Below, piece by piece: positions 1 to 15,235 of a stretch of DNA of 64,000 bases. Position 1 is the stretch's first letter. Each line of letters opens with the position of its first letter. The notes under the pieces were generated by a model. The model did no database searches, was not told the origin of the DNA, and saw nothing but the letters and a program-made list of their open reading frames with translations. Made by a program: the position numbers and the translations under genes. Origin of the DNA: the human T2T-CHM13v2.0 reference genome, Homo sapiens. The stretch is from NCBI GenBank assembly GCA_009914755.4, contig CP086569.2, positions 23,936,001 through 24,000,000 of the forward strand. Reading direction: 5' to 3'.

Positions 1-82
1 TTTGAGACTGAGTCTCATGCTGTCGCTTAGGATGGAGTGCAGTGGCGCGATCTCGGCTCACTGCAACAACCTCCGCCTCCGC
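1..82 (-). mobile_element. Alu right-arm 3' fragment (antisense), truncated by the window start
   Basis: tttgagactgagtctc..gcttaggatggagtgcagtggcgcgatctcggctcactgcaacaacctccgcctcc is the reverse complement of the Alu 3' region. Confidence 0.85.
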
Positions 83-85
83 GGT

Positions 86-360
86 CCTCAGTATTAAGTA
101 TCTTCCACTCCTAGCCTTCCCCAAACTCCCACCCTTCACCACAGGGTCCATAAATTCCCAGCAACAGCGAAATAGCAGGAGGCTCATGTTCGGCAGTCCG
201 TCTCGCTAAGCAGGGAGATGATCATCCCCATACCCCAAACTCCCCTCCTCTGAGCTGCTCCATGGGGGAAAACATGGAACATTCTGGGAGCTGGCACTTC
301 TTCCTTTTTTGCTTCTTGCTTATACTGTTGCATAAGTGAATAAAGTCTTGATGGTTTCTT
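86..360 (+). repeat. LTR-like fragment of an unassigned family (AATAAA then a T-run)
   Basis: ..tgcataagtgaataaagtcttgatggtttc followed by a poly-T run. The C/T-rich ..ccaaactcccacccttcaccacagggtcc.. is LTR U3/R-like. I cannot name the family from memory. Confidence 0.3.
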
Positions 361-1359
361 TTTTTTTTTTCTTTTTAAGTTTGGCCGTTTTCTTAACTGA
401 CCACGTTAAAACCTGGCAGCTCAGCTCTCTCTCCAGCTGAGCCCTCGACAGAGGCTATATTAATATACTAAAAGAAGTAAATCTTAGAGTGAAAAATGTT
501 ACCGTAGGCAGAGAGTCATTTCAGCATGACAAATTGGTCAGTTAATGAAAATGTGACAATCCTAAGGGTTTAGGTACTTCATAACAGTGCTTCAAATACA
601 TGAGGCAAAAACTAATAGATTGTAAGGAGAAATAAACACATCCATAATTGTAGCTGGGAATTTCAATAATCCTTTCTCGATAATTAATAGAACAAGTGGA
701 CAGAAAATCAGCAAGGATATAACAGATTTGAACAATACTATCAAACAACTCCTAATTGACATTTTTACAACACTCCATCCAATGGCAGCAGAATATATAT
801 TATTTTCAAGTACACATGGGCCATTTACAAAGACCAACTACATTCTGAGCCATAAAACCATTCTCAATATACGTAAAAAGATTCAAGTCATACAAATATG
901 TTCTTTGACCACAGTGAAATTAAATTAGAAATCAATAGAAGAGGGATAACTGAAAAATACCCAAATATCTAGAAACTAAATAACATGCTTCTAAATAACT
1001 CACAGTTCAAAGAAGAAATCAAAAGGGAAATTACAAAATATTCTGAGGTGAGTGAAAATGAAAATACAGTATATAAGAATTTGTAGGATGCCACTAATGT
1101 TTGGCATCTAATACTAATACTAATGGAACTGTATAACACCAAATACCTATTTTACAAAAAAAAAAAAAAATGATTCAAGGCAATGACCTCAGGATCCATC
1201 ACAAGAAATAAATAATAAAAACAAGAGTGCACATTAAACTCAAAGGAAGCAGACAGTAGGAAATAATAAAGATCAAAAGAGAAATCAATAAAATAGAAGA
1301 CAAAAATAGAGAAAATCAACAAAAACAAAGTTGGTTTCTTGACAAGAAAAATAAAATGG

Positions 1360-1669
1360 AGTTGGGCACACTGGCTCATGCCTGAAATCCCAACACTTTG
1401 GAAGGCCAGGGCAGGTGGATCACCTGAGGTCAGGAGTTCTAAATGAGCCTGACCAATATGGTGAGACACCATCTCTACTGAAAAATGCAAAAATTAGCTG
1501 GGCTTGGTGGTGCACACCTGTAATCCCAACTACTCAGGATGTTGACGCAGGAGAATTGCCTGAACCCAGGAGGCGGAGGTTGCCCCATTGAGCCGAGATC
1601 AACCCATTGCACTGCAGCCTGGGCAACAAGACTGAATCTCCATCTCAGAGAGGAAAAAAAAAAAAAAAA
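1360..1669 (+). mobile_element. Alu SINE nested in the old L1
   Basis: ggagttgggcacactggctcatgcctgaaatcccaacactttggaagg ... dimeric Alu with a poly-A tail ending at ~1669. Confidence 0.95.
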
Positions 1670-1880
1670 CAAAGCAAAAGAAAATGGATAAATCTCAAGA
1701 TAGATTGATTAGGAAAAAGGAGAGATCAAAATTTTTCACATTAGGAATGAGAGAATGGGTATCAGTGGTTTCTAAGATATTAAAAAGTATAAAAAGGGAA
1801 TATCACTTGTAAAATTTTATGCCCATAAATTTTACAATGGAAATGAAATTAACAAATGTCCTAAAACATATAAAATATCA

Positions 1881-2262
<382 letters not shown>

Positions 2263-2772
2263 TTTTCAATTTGTAGTTAGAAATCTTCCCACAAAGGAGA
2301 TTTGAGACCCAGATAGCTTTGCCAGTGAATTCTGCCAAACATTTAATGAAGAAATAATACCAATTCTATACAAACTATCCCAGAGAACTTATGAGGCAGG
2401 GAATATTTGTAAGAGACCAGAATTACCATGGCACAAAAACCTTACTAAGATGTTAACAAAAAAGCAAACTATAGGCCAAGATTCTTCATGAATATAGAAG
2501 AAAAAAATTAAAATTTTAGCAAGCTGAATTCAAAATCTATAAAAAGAATACAATATCATGATAAATTGGGATTTTACTTCCTAGGAATTCAGGATGATTT
2601 TACACTGAAAATAAATCAGTACAATTCTCCATGTTAGCAAAGAGATAAATCACATGATCATCTCAAAAGACACAGAAAAAGCAGGTAACAAAAATCTAAC
2701 ATGTATTATTAAATAAAAACTTTCAGCAAACTAAGCATAGAAAAGCATTTCCTCAAACTGATAAAGGGCATC

Positions 2773-3315
2773 TGTGATGGTTAATACTGAGTATTAACTT
2801 GACTAGCTTGAAGGATGCGAAGTAGTGTTCCTGGGTGTGTCTGTGAGGGTGTTGCCAAAGGAGATTAACATTTGAGTCAGTAGACTGGGAGAGGCAGACC
2901 CACCCTCATTCTGGGTGGCCACAATCTAATCAGCTGCCAGCACAGCTAGAATAAAGCAGGCAGAAGAACATGGAAGAACTAGACTTGCTGAGCCTTCCGG
3001 CTTTCATCTTTCTCCTGTGCTGGATGCTTCCTGCCCTCAAACATCGGAGTGCATGTTTTTCAGCTTTTGGAGTCTCAGGCTTGATGCCAGTGGTTTGCTA
3101 AGGGCTCTCAGGCCTTCGGCCACAGACTGAAGGCGGCACTGTTGGCTTCCCTATTTTTGAGGTTTTGGGGCTTGGACTGGGCTTTCTTGCTCGTCAGCTT
3201 GTAGACGGCCTATCATGGGATTTCACCTTGTGATCATGTGAGTCAATACTCCTTAATAAATTCCCTTTCATATACACATCTCTCCTATTAGTTCTGTTCC
3301 TCTGGAGACTCCTGA
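2773..3315 (+). mobile_element. MaLR LTR (MLT1-type) inserted into the old L1
   Basis: The characteristic segment gccaaaggagattaacatttgagtcagtagactgggagaggcagacccaccctcattctgggtggccacaatctaatcagctgccagcacagctagaataaagcaggcagaag ... is followed by ..gtgagtcaatactccttaataaattccc..ctctggagactcctga. L1 sequence resumes immediately after. Confidence 0.6.
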
Positions 3316-4126
3316 ATAATACAGCATCTATGAAAAATCTATAGCTAAAAACTTACTTCATGATAAAAGACTGAATGCATTTCCTCTGTGATCAGGACTA
3401 AGACAAGGATGTCTGCTCTCACCACTTGTATTCAACCTTGTGCTGGAGATACTGGAACATATAATCAGACATGAAAAAAATGCATCCAGAATGGAAGAAA
3501 TAAAACTGTCTTTATATATAGCCAACATGACTATCTATCTAGAAAATCTAATAGAAACACAAAAAAGTTAGAAGTAATAATTGATTTTAGCTAAGGTTTT
3601 AGGATAAAATATCAATAAAAAATCAACTGTATTTCTACAGACTAGCAAAGAACAATCACAAGTTGAAATTTTAAAAATACTTTGAATAACATAAAAATAT
3701 GAAATACATAGGGATAAATCTGACATAAAATGTGAAAGATGTGTACACTATAAACTATAATACATTGCCAAAAGAAATTAAGGACCTATATAAATGGAGA
3801 GATAGACCATGTTTATGGATTAAAAGACTCATTATTATTAATATGCCAATTATCTCCAAATTATGGATTCAATGGAATCACAATCAAAACCCTAGCAGAC
3901 ATTTTATAGAAATTGACAAGCTGACTCTAAGATTAATGTGGAAATGAAAAGGAACCATACTAGACAAAACAATTTGGGAAAAGAAGAACTAGGCGGATTA
4001 ACACTGTCTCACGTCAAGACTTATTACTAAGCTACAGTAACCAAAATAGTGGGTATTGACATCACAATAGACAAGGGATATCATTAAAAAATATAGAGAG
4101 CCCAGAAAGAGACCTAAATATATATG

Positions 4127-4128
<2 letters not shown>

Positions 4129-4171
<43 letters not shown>

Positions 4172-4198
4172 TGTCTGTCTGTCTGTGTGTTTGTGTTT
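4129..4198. repeat. (GT)n / (CTGT)n microsatellite
   Basis: gtgtgtgtgt... followed by ctgtctgtctgtctgt. Confidence 0.95.
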
Positions 4199-5439
4199 AC
4201 AAATGTGCAAATGTAATTAAGTGGAGAAAGGACAGTCTTTTCAACAAATGGTGCTAGAATAATTGGTTACCATATGCAAAATCCATACTTCACACTATAC
4301 CTAGAAATGAACTGAAAAATGGGTCACAGGCCTAAGTTAGAAACCAAAAACGATAACATTTCTAAAAGAAAATCTTTGTGACTTTGCACTGGGCAAAGAT
4401 TTCTTAGCTGTAACACCAAAAGCATGATCCATAAAAGAACAAACTGATAAACTGGATTTCATCAAAATTCAAAACTTCTGTTCTTCAGATGATGCTACTA
4501 AGAGAATGAGAAAACAAGCCAGACTGGGAGAAAATATTTGCACAGAATATGTCTGATAACAACCTTCATCCAGAATGTATAAAGTACTCTCAAAATCGAG
4601 TTAGAAAAACAATAAAACAATGGGCAAAATACTTGAACAGATACTTCCACAAAGAAGATACAGGGATGGGAAATAAGCATATGAAAAGATGTTCAAAATC
4701 ATTAGTAGTTAGGAAAATACAAGTTAAAAGCATTATATGCCTACCACAATAGCTAAATTTAAAAAGATTGACAATACCAAATGTTGTCAAGGAGGTGGAG
4801 GAATTAGAACTGATATACTGTTGGAAACGAAAAATGGAAAACCTGCAGTTTCTTAAAAAGTCAGACGTATTCCTGCTATGTGATCCAGCACTTGTATATC
4901 CAAGAGAACTAAAAGCGTATCATAAAGTGACTCATATATAAATGTTTATAGCAGCTTTATTTGTAAAAGTCTCACACTGAAAACAACCCAAATGTCCATA
5001 ACAGGTAACTAGATAAAGAAATGTTGGTGTATTCATACAATGAAATACTATTCAGCAAAAAAAAAAAAAAAAAAAAAAAAAAGGTCTATGGATACATACA
5101 ACAATATGAATGAATGTTAAAGTAATTATGCTGAATAAAAGAAGCCACACCAAAATAAACTACTTATTGTATTATTACATTGGTATATGCCTCTAGACAA
5201 TTAAAACCAATCTGTATGACAGAAAGGAGATCAGTGGTTGCCTGAGAAGAGGGTACATGGAGAGAGACAGGAAGGAGAGATTACAAAGGAGCACAAGGAT
5301 ACCTTTTGGGATGATGTTTATGTTCACTATATTGATCGGCTTCATGGGTATATACGTATGTCAAAACTTATCAAATTGTACACTAGATACATATGCTGTT
5401 TATTTTATGTCACTTATACTTCAAAATGCTGTTAAAACT

Positions 5440-5798
5440 CTCACCAAATTAGGTATGCAAGGAATGTTCCTCAACAGAATAAATGCCATATTGGACAAGC
5501 CCACAGCCAACATCATACCCAATGGTAAAAAGCAGAAAGCTTTTCTTCTATGATCAGGAACAAGGGTGCCCACACTCACCACTTCTATTGTGCATAGTAC
5601 CACAAGTGCTACCTAGAGCAGTTAGGCAAGAAAAAGAAATAAAAAATATCCAAATCAGAAAGGAAGAAGCAAAATTGTCTCCGTAGATGACATGACCTTG
5701 TATACAGAAACTCCACCAAAAAACTGTTAGACCTAAAAAGAGAATTCAGTAAAGTTCCAGAATACCAAAATCAACATTAAAATTGAATTGCAATTCTT

Positions 5799-5829
<31 letters not shown>

Positions 5830-6590
5830 ACTTTAAGTTTTAGGGTACATGTGCACAACGTGCAGGTTTGTTACATATGTATACATGTGCCATGTTGGTG
5901 TGCTGCACCCATTAACTCCAACAATGATAGACTGGATTAAGAAAATGTGGCACATATACACCATGGAATACTATGCAGCCATAAAAAATGATGAGTTCAT
6001 GTCCTTTGTAGAGACATGGATGAAGCTGGAAACCATCATTCTCAGCAAACTATCGCAAGGACAAAAAACCAAACACCGCACGTTCTCAATCACTGGTGGG
6101 AATTGAACAATGAATTGCACTTCTATACAGCACCAACAAATTATCTGAAAAAGAAAGAAAGAAAACAATCCTACTTACAATAGCAACAAGCACAATAAAA
6201 TTACTTAGGAATACATTTAACCAAGAAGTTTAAATATCAGCATATAAAACACTGAGAAAATAAATTGAAGATGACACAAATAAAAAGAAAGACATCACAT
6301 GTTCATGTATCAGAATTAATATTATTAAAATATCCATACTACCCAAGGTGATCTATAGGTTCATTGCAAACTCTATCAAAATTCCAATGGCAGCATTCTT
6401 CACAGATAGAGAAAAAATAATTCTAAGATTCATATGGAACCACAAAAAAACCTGACCAAAGCAATCTTGAGAAAGAAGAGCGAAGCTGGAGGCATCACAT
6501 TTCCTGATTTCAAACTATGTTACAAAGCTATGTTAATCTAAAGAGTATGGTACTGGCATAAAAACAAACACATAGACTAATAGAACATCA
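5440..6590 (+). mobile_element. Rearranged cluster of L1 fragments (ORF2 RT piece, L1PA-type 3' UTR end, ORF2 C-terminus) with an (ATT)n at 5801-5829
   Basis: ORFs 5257..5553 and 5483..5686 contain the RT motif ..[16 protein letters not shown].. 5826-5930 reads tactttaagttttagggtacatgtgcacaacgtgcaggtttgttacatatgtatacatgtgccatgttggtgtgctgcacccattaactc, typical of the young L1 3' end. 5930-6110 resembles the segment also seen at 47570-47760. Confidence 0.7.
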
Positions 6591-7274
6591 TGAGTTTGAA
6601 TGGTACAGGTCCACTTATATGTGAATTTTCTTCTGTTTCTGTCACATCTGAGACAGCAAGACCAATCCTCCTCTTCCTTCTCTTCCTCAGTCTACCCAAT
6701 AGGAACACAAGGAGTATGAAGACCTCTCCGCTTTGACTTAAGGAATAGTAAATATATTTTCTTTTCCTTATGATTTTCTTAATAACACCATCTTTTCTAT
6801 AGTTTACTTTAGCGTACAAATACAGTATATAATACATATACAAAATACATGTTAATCAAGTGTTTACGTTATTGGTAAGGCTATTGGTCAATAGTAGGCT
6901 ATTAGTAGTTAAGCTTTTGGAGAATCAAGTTTTAAGGCCAAGGTAATTCAAGGCCCAGTCTGGGAAACATAGTGAGACCCCATGCCTTAAGAAAAAGTTA
7001 TATGCTGATTTGCGACTATGCAGGGGTCAGTGCTCAAACTCCACGCTGTTCAAGGGTCAACAGTGTATTATATGCAGAATATAAGAGAGTTGAACTCATC
7101 AAAACATAGAGTACCATGGCAGTTGCCAGGGAATGGCGGTGGGGGAAATGGGTAGATTTTGACCAAAGGGGACAAACTTTCAGTTATAAGATGAGCAATT
7201 TCTGAGAATCTAATGTATAGCATGGGTGATAATGTATGTATTAATTAATTTGATTGTAGTAATTATACAATGTA

Positions 7275-7308
7275 TTAGGTTGGTGCAAACTAATTGCACC
7301 AACCTAAT
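7275..7308. mobile_element. MADE1 / Hsmar1-type palindromic MITE remnant (centre deleted)
   Basis: ttaggttggtgcaaactaattgcaccaacctaat matches the two terminal inverted repeats of MADE1 (TTAGGTTGGTGCAAAAGTAATTGCGG...). Confidence 0.55.
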
Positions 7309-9910
7309 TTAGGCATATCAAATAATTGCATTGTACACCTTGAGTATATACGCTCTTTGTCAATTAAATAAATAAAAATAAAAATGGTCAGATGAGTTTA
7401 ATAATTAAGAATCTGAAAGAGGGAAAAGTCAGTTAGAATTTTGCTTGTAGTTACAGAATAGAGCCAAATATGTAAAATTTCCCTGTTCAATTAAAAATCA
7501 CTAAAAAACTAACACTAATATGAATGTATGCTAATTCTGCAATGGTTTTGTACAGTGTGGTCATCTACAAGTTCAAATGCTACACAAGTATTCAAAAAAT
7601 CATTGGGAAAGTGTTTCTAGTCTAATGCTAAGTGAGTAAAGGAGACTGAAAAATTGTGCCTAAACCTATGGGTGACAACTTTCCTTCTCACTATTAAAAC
7701 TTGTTTCGAGCAATACTTTGTAATAAAATAGGAATGGAAACATTTTAAGGCTATTAACTTTTAATCAATGACTTAAAGACAGTCACTTATTTTTTTTTCT
7801 AAACTATTCAAAACCTAAACAGGTGGTATGGAGGAAAGACCTGCACTTTTTGAGGAGTTTGAATAATCAGGCAATTGACCACATCAAACAAATTAATCTC
7901 TAGGGAGAGGCTGAAAATCCCTTCTCCAAAATGCTTGAAACCAGAAGTGTTTCGGATTTGGCGGTTTTTTTGTTTGTTTGTTTTTGATTTTGATTTTGGA
8001 ATATTTGCATATATATAATGAGATATCTGGGAGTGAGACCCAAATCTAAACATGGAATTCATTTATGTTTCATATATACCTTAGGCACATAGTCTGAAAG
8101 TAATTTTATACAACACCTTAAATAATTTTGTCTATGAAACAATGTTTTTGTACACTGAACCATCTGAAAGCAAAGGTTTCACTATCTCATATTAGCACTG
8201 AAAAACTTTCAGATTCAGGGGCATTTCTGGATTTGGGATTTTTGTATTAGGATGCACACATCCTGTACTGATTTTAAAAGAAGGCTTTCCTGGGAATGAT
8301 GCAGCCCAATAGAAATGGCAACTACCATTAAAAGCAAAAAGCTAGATTGAAATATTATCAGAATAAGTTGCCACATCACTCATTATTCACTAAAACACTT
8401 CTATTCAAAAGGCCCAATTTTTGTAGATTCCTGAAGTAGGACTTGACACCAGGTATCACAAATTTACAAACTTACCACTTCAGCGTTTTAAAACTTTCTT
8501 ACCAGGATCCCTGGTCTTCTGGGTGCCATGGAAACTCCAACTAGAAAAGAAAATGAAATTCCCTTCGGCTGGAAACTGTTCGTGTCATTCCTGAGCCCCC
8601 CTAGGTGTCTGTTGTAGATTATATAAGCTGCAGTTCGCAAATGCACTTTGCATTTGTTCCACAAACCCTGTTGAATGCTTGTTTTGTAGGAGGTTCCACA
8701 TGCTGGGCAAAGAAGAATGAATAAAACACAGTCTCTGCCCTGGAAGAATTTACAAAGAAATAGTGGTACTACAGGTGCTGTGGAACAGCACAGAGTGTGT
8801 AAATGTTAGCTTAATGGTATCTTTCTAACATCAAACTTTTTTATTTCTTCTGTTTTCACACTCTCATTGCAAAAAACTCAAACAATTCAGAAAAGAATAA
8901 AGAAGAAAATTTAAAACTCTTTGAAATCCTACCATCAAGTAATAAGCATTGCTAACATTTGATGAACATCTTTCTTAAGCATTCATGTACTAAAAAAATG
9001 AGAATTACACCCTAAACGCTATTTTTATAAACTCAGTGCTATTTTTCAACATTCCTTTTCCTAATCAGGAGCATGTAGTAGATCTCATGAGATGCTGCAT
9101 CTTTTTCTTAATGTGATGTCAGCTATTATCATTTATATGCATTGGCCTGTCATAAAAGTCTGCAGAATCTAACTAAAGCCACCTAGGTTCATTCACCTCT
9201 ACCTTATCTTGCAGGTGCTGCCTCTTGTCCCAGTGTGGAAGGAACCCTGACCTTGCAATTGAAAGGCCTTGCTTCTGGTGCTGACCACGTTCTGACCCTC
9301 AGCCATCCCTTAAACCTCCCTAAGTTCCAATGTTCTCTTCTGTAAAACGAGGGTTGTAAATATTTGCCCTGCCTGCCTTCTTCCCACTGGCTATTCCCTC
9401 TGCCAAAAACTGGGCTACTTGACCTCCAGGAAGCTTGCATATGTGTCACTCTTTATTCTCCTTATCATCTTTCTCCTTCACTAGAACATAAAGCACTACA
9501 AGGGCAAACATTTTTGTATGCTTTGTTTCCCGATATTTCTGTCTAGAACAATGTCTAGTGTAGTAGATGACAAACAAATGCTTGCTGAATTAATTGGACA
9601 GAGCTGAACAGAGAATGGGAGGTGGGAAGACTGCCTCGCCACACAACTCTGGGGGAATCCTTCACATTGTAGTCCATGTGATGGCATCTCCTGGAAGTGT
9701 GCAACTGCACAGGCTTCACAGCTGTGCGGCAACCCCAACAACAACCGTGGAAGTACTCTGTCAAAGAGTATGAATTATTAAATAAAAATATTTTTTCTAG
9801 TAATGAAAAAATGTGAAAACAAATAAAGGAAAAAAATCATCTCAAATTCTTCAACCTAGTGATAATATCTTCGTTAGTATTTGCTGAACATCCTTCTAGA
9901 CACTTCTCTA

Positions 9911-9914
<4 letters not shown>

Positions 9915-9959
<45 letters not shown>
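9915..9959. repeat. (TA)n microsatellite
   Basis: Perfect TA run of about 22 units. Confidence 0.95.
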
Positions 9960-9961
<2 letters not shown>

Positions 9962-11159
9962 ATCTTCATTTTGCATAAGTGACATCATACCATAAATGCT
10001 ATACTAGTATCTGCTTTTGTTTTTGCCCAATAGTATATTATAATCAGCTCTCTTTGTCAGTAAATACAAATCCATATCATCTCTGTAAACCAGGGGTCTG
10101 CAAATTAAGGCTCATAAGCCAATTCCACCTGGGTTTTGTGTTTTTTTTTTTTTTGGTAAATTAACAAAGTTTTATTGGAACATGAATGTGCTGATTCCTT
10201 TATGTACTATCTATGCCCATTGCTGTGCTACAATAGCAGAATCGATTATTTCTGACAGACACCATATGGCCCACAAATCTACAATACTTACTATCTATTC
10301 TTTTCCAGAAAAGTTTACCAGCCCTGCTTCGTAGCTGAGTATTAAATGGTATGAAAATACTCTATTTGAATTATTCCTCTATCAGAACATATTTACCTTG
10401 TTCCAATTTTTGTTGATAAATACGTCGTATACACATCTTTCAACTCATATCCAGTACATCACCTTGAGATAACTTCCTAGAAGTGGATTGGCTGGGCCAG
10501 ACATGAACTCTATAAAGGTTCTTGATACACATGATTAAAATGCCCATGGCATGGAACCCTCATCTATTTCTGTGCTTTTGTATTTTCTGTGTGTATTTCA
10601 GTTTTGTTTAGTTGGCTCAAGTAAAATTAGTTCCTTTTGAAAACGTTCAGCTTGTATGAACTCAACTAAGGGTACCAGGAATTTCCATCCGCAACCCAGC
10701 CAGGAGTTTGCCAGAGGCCAGGAGAGCTCCTGTCCAGGCAGCTCCAAAGAGGCCAGGGGTCTGGTGAGGAATGGAGAAGAGCACGACTGAAAACTTAGAA
10801 GAGAGCAGCCAGGGACTGATGCCAGATCCGTTGACCCTGTCAAAAGATCTGAACTCTGCCCCACATTTGTCCTTTTGACCCCATCGAGTTAACCAGGAGT
10901 TTAGCCATCCATGCTCCACACAACTGTAGCTTTTCTTCTTCTTCTGTGCACCTATAACTCTGTCTCATTAGATTGCTCTGAAGTTTGTTATTGATTATCT
11001 AGGAAATAAATACAACCAACTTTTTGCCTATTTCCCAATTGTTACGGCTGGTAGAAATAATCAGCATAAAATAAAACTGACAACAGATGATACCACACAT
11101 GGCAACAATGCTATTGGTTAAAAATGGAAAGAAGGCTCGCATCCTTTTGATAAAATGCA

Positions 11160-11520
11160 TTCAAATTTTATTTTTTGTTTTTGTTTTTATTTTTTATTTC
11201 GATAGCTTTAGGGGTGCACGTGGTTTTTTGTTACATGGATGAATTGTATAGTGGTGAAGTCTGAAATTTTAGTGCACCCATCACCTGAGTAGTGTATATC
11301 GTACCCAATATGCAGCTTTTAGCCCTCATGCCTCACCCACCTTCTCCCCCTTTTGATTCTCTGATGTCCATTGTATAACTCTGAATGTCTTTGTGTCCTT
11401 ATAGCTTAGCTCTCACTTATAACTGAGAACACATGGTTTCTGCATCTCCATTCTTAAGTTACTTCATTTGGAATAATGGCCTCCAGTTACACCCAAGTTG
11501 CTGCAAAAGACATTTTCTTT
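11160..11520 (-). mobile_element. LINE-1 3' end fragment (older L1P/L1M), antisense
   Basis: The reverse complement matches the L1 ORF2 C-terminus and 3' UTR (..tatagcttagctctcacttataactgagaacacatggtttctgcatctcc..ctccagttacacccaagttgctgcaaaagacat), with a T-rich 5' border. Confidence 0.7.
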
Positions 11521-13186
11521 ACATTTAGACTTGCAAAATTTGATGTCAGAGAGATTTGGATTTGGAAAACAAAAGCAAAAATTGCAGTGGTTGAAACTAA
11601 ATAAGGAAAAATTAATGTGATACAAAAAAACTGATCAATGAATCTAATTTGTGTAAAAACAATGAAAATAAGGAAAGAATTGCAGTGAAAAGAAAGTTCA
11701 GTGAAATAAAATTAAACACAGCAAACATGGAAACTGGCTTTGCTGCATGGTACAGAATACAATCAAGGGATTAAATTGGCTTGAGATTGTGCTGGAAAAT
11801 ATTTTCTTGATGGAAAGCCACCTATGTTGGGGATGAAATTTCTTTAAACCGACAGCTAGACAAATAACTTTCTACTCATTATTGGACTTCTATAGTCAAT
11901 TTTTCACAAGAATGTTGGAGTCTCTGAAATCACTAAAGCCCCAGTAAAAAGGAAAATGGAATCTCCTATCAGTTGCTGTATGTAGAACCTCTTTTGTAAG
12001 CAAGTGGCAGCCAATGTTAACACTTCTCACACTGACCTTAACAATTCTTAGAATATTAAAAAAATTCTGCACAGAAATTAAGTATTATGTACTTATTTCT
12101 AACAATTCCAAGGAGGTAAACATTATTGTACAATTTCAAAGTCTTTTTTATAGTGTACATTTAATAGCAAATAAGAGAATATTTTACAATTTGATTACAT
12201 AATTTTACTTGTGAGTTTTGTAGGGTTTATGGGCCATATTATTTTTTACCCATCTACTATACTTATTTAATAGGCTTCTGGAGAGGATTTTATAATGTTA
12301 CACTAGTTAGTCTTATTTTTATTAGAATATGCTTTTTACTGAAGATTTCCTATATCAAAGAAACAAAGGAGAAAAATAAAATACAAAAATTAGAAATCAG
12401 CCATAGCCTCTATGGAGTGCAGTCACCAAAGTGCCAATTCCAGAGGCAAAGTATTTTTGTTTTATTTATATTGTTATGGCTCATGTGGTGACTTCATTTA
12501 AAGACACTGTTCCCAAAGCTGAATTATGTATGAAAGCAAATACGGGAGACAGGAAGCAGGGAAGGAAAAGAGTAAAATCAAGAAAGCAACATCTCAAATA
12601 CCATGAATGATCCCGTTACTTTTTCCCCCTCATCAAGATCGACTCAAGGCCTGGGCTGCACAATACTGAGAAAGACCAATTAAAAACTAAATTGTCTGAA
12701 ATGACTGTGGTCACACAGGTGAAATTTTGTTTTCTTAAGAGAAAAAAGAAATTTGTCAGCTTCTTGAGGGCAGAAAAATATTGTTGTAGATCTCTATGTT
12801 GCCAACACTTAGTATAGAGCTAGTATAGTTATTTTTGAATAAATGAATGGGTAAGAAAAAAATAACGCACAAATGAAAATATGTCATTATTTAAATACTT
12901 GGGACTTGTCGGTCTAGTCTTGCTCAGTGGTTCTCAGTGGTTCTCAATATTGACTGCACATTACAATCATTTCGAGAGTTATTTTTTCTTCACTTTTTAC
13001 TATGTATTATATACAGAGAAGTACACATTTCTAGGGGAGCTTTTAGAAACTGCTAATGACCCCTATAATGGTTTAAATTTAAGATACTGACAATATTGGT
13101 GGTGTGGCAAAAATGTAGGACAACTGAACACTCACACATCACTGGTGGATGTGTGAAATAGTACAACTACTTTGAAAAATGGTTTG

Positions 13187-14053
<867 letters not shown>

Positions 14054-14679
14054 ATTGACACCCAGACTCCACCTCAGACCAATTAAAATTAGAATCTCTA
14101 ATGGAATCCAGACATTGGACCTATTTAAAAGAGCTTCCTGAGTAGTCTGATGTGTAGGAAGAGTTGAGAACTAGTGGCCTTAACTTTAAGAGAATATTGG
14201 GGAGAAAATAAAACAACAAAATAATTTTTTAAAGAGTGACTATGAAGGATCATGGATGATTTTTATTTTCTTCTTTAAGCTACTCTTTATTTTTGGATCT
14301 TTTTCCATCATGAATTATGTGCATAATTTTAAAAGACAGTGTTATTTTATTTATTTACCTATTCTACTCCTCTCATCCTCTCCAATTTTGCCCTCTCATT
14401 CATTTTGGTTCAGATAAGCCATTATCTGACATTCGTTCATCCAAAGCTGATTAACCATCCTTTTATGCAAAGGACTGTCTTAGGAATTGAAGGTGCAAAA
14501 AAGAACAAACAAATCTGCTCCAGGCAATCAAAGGCATAGGAGACAAAGATGTACACATTTATTTTTAAAAGAACCTCCAAATATTATAGTAGCACAAAGA
14601 TGACAAGAGATAAGAATATGTTAATTTATTCTTGTGTGTTTCCAGAAAATGCGTGGAAATTTCTTTAAAAACTTAAAAT

Positions 14680-15235
14680 GCACCTAACATAGGACCTTGC
14701 TGTTCAATTCCTGGGTCTTTGCCCAAAAGAAATAAAAGCATACATCTACACAAAGACTTACACACTAATGTTAGTAGCACCTTTGTTTGCAATAGCCCCA
14801 AACGTGAAATAGCCCAAATGACCATCAGTATAAGAACGGATACACAAATTGTGTAAAATCTTTATTATGAAATACTACTCAGCAATAAAAAGGAAGAAAC
14901 TATTGATACATGCAACAACACAGACGAATCTAAAAATCATTATGAGAAATGAGAGAATTCACAGACTAAAGGGTATATACTGTATGATTCCATTTATATA
15001 AACTTCTAGAAAGCTTGAAGTAATTCATAGTGACAGAAAACAGATTATTAGTTGAGGGTGGGTTGGGGAATGAATTACAATGAGATGATGGGAATGTTTC
15101 TTATCTTCACTGTTGTGATGGTTTCACAGTTGTATACATATGTCAAAACTCAGCAAGGTGTACAATTTTAATATGTGCAGTTTATGTACAGTAATTATAT
15201 TGCAATGAACCTGTTAAAATTAAAAGGAGGAAGGA
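14680..15235 (+). mobile_element. LINE-1 3' end (L1M-type)
   Basis: ..gcaatagccccaaacgtgaaatagcccaaatgaccatcag.. ..gtatgattccatttatataaacttctagaaag.. ..gttgtatacatatgtcaaaactcagcaaggtgtacaattttaata. Confidence 0.75.

Noticed and set aside
5849-6106. 85-aa ORF MCTTCRFVTYVYMCHV..
   Set aside because: It spans a chimeric junction of L1 3' UTR and ORF2 C-terminal fragments. It is repeat-derived.
12911-13090. Possible hAT/MER-type DNA transposon terminus (gctcagtggttctcagtggttctcaat..)
   Set aside because: There is only a short cagtggttctca-like motif and no matching second terminus that I could confirm. Evidence is too weak to call.
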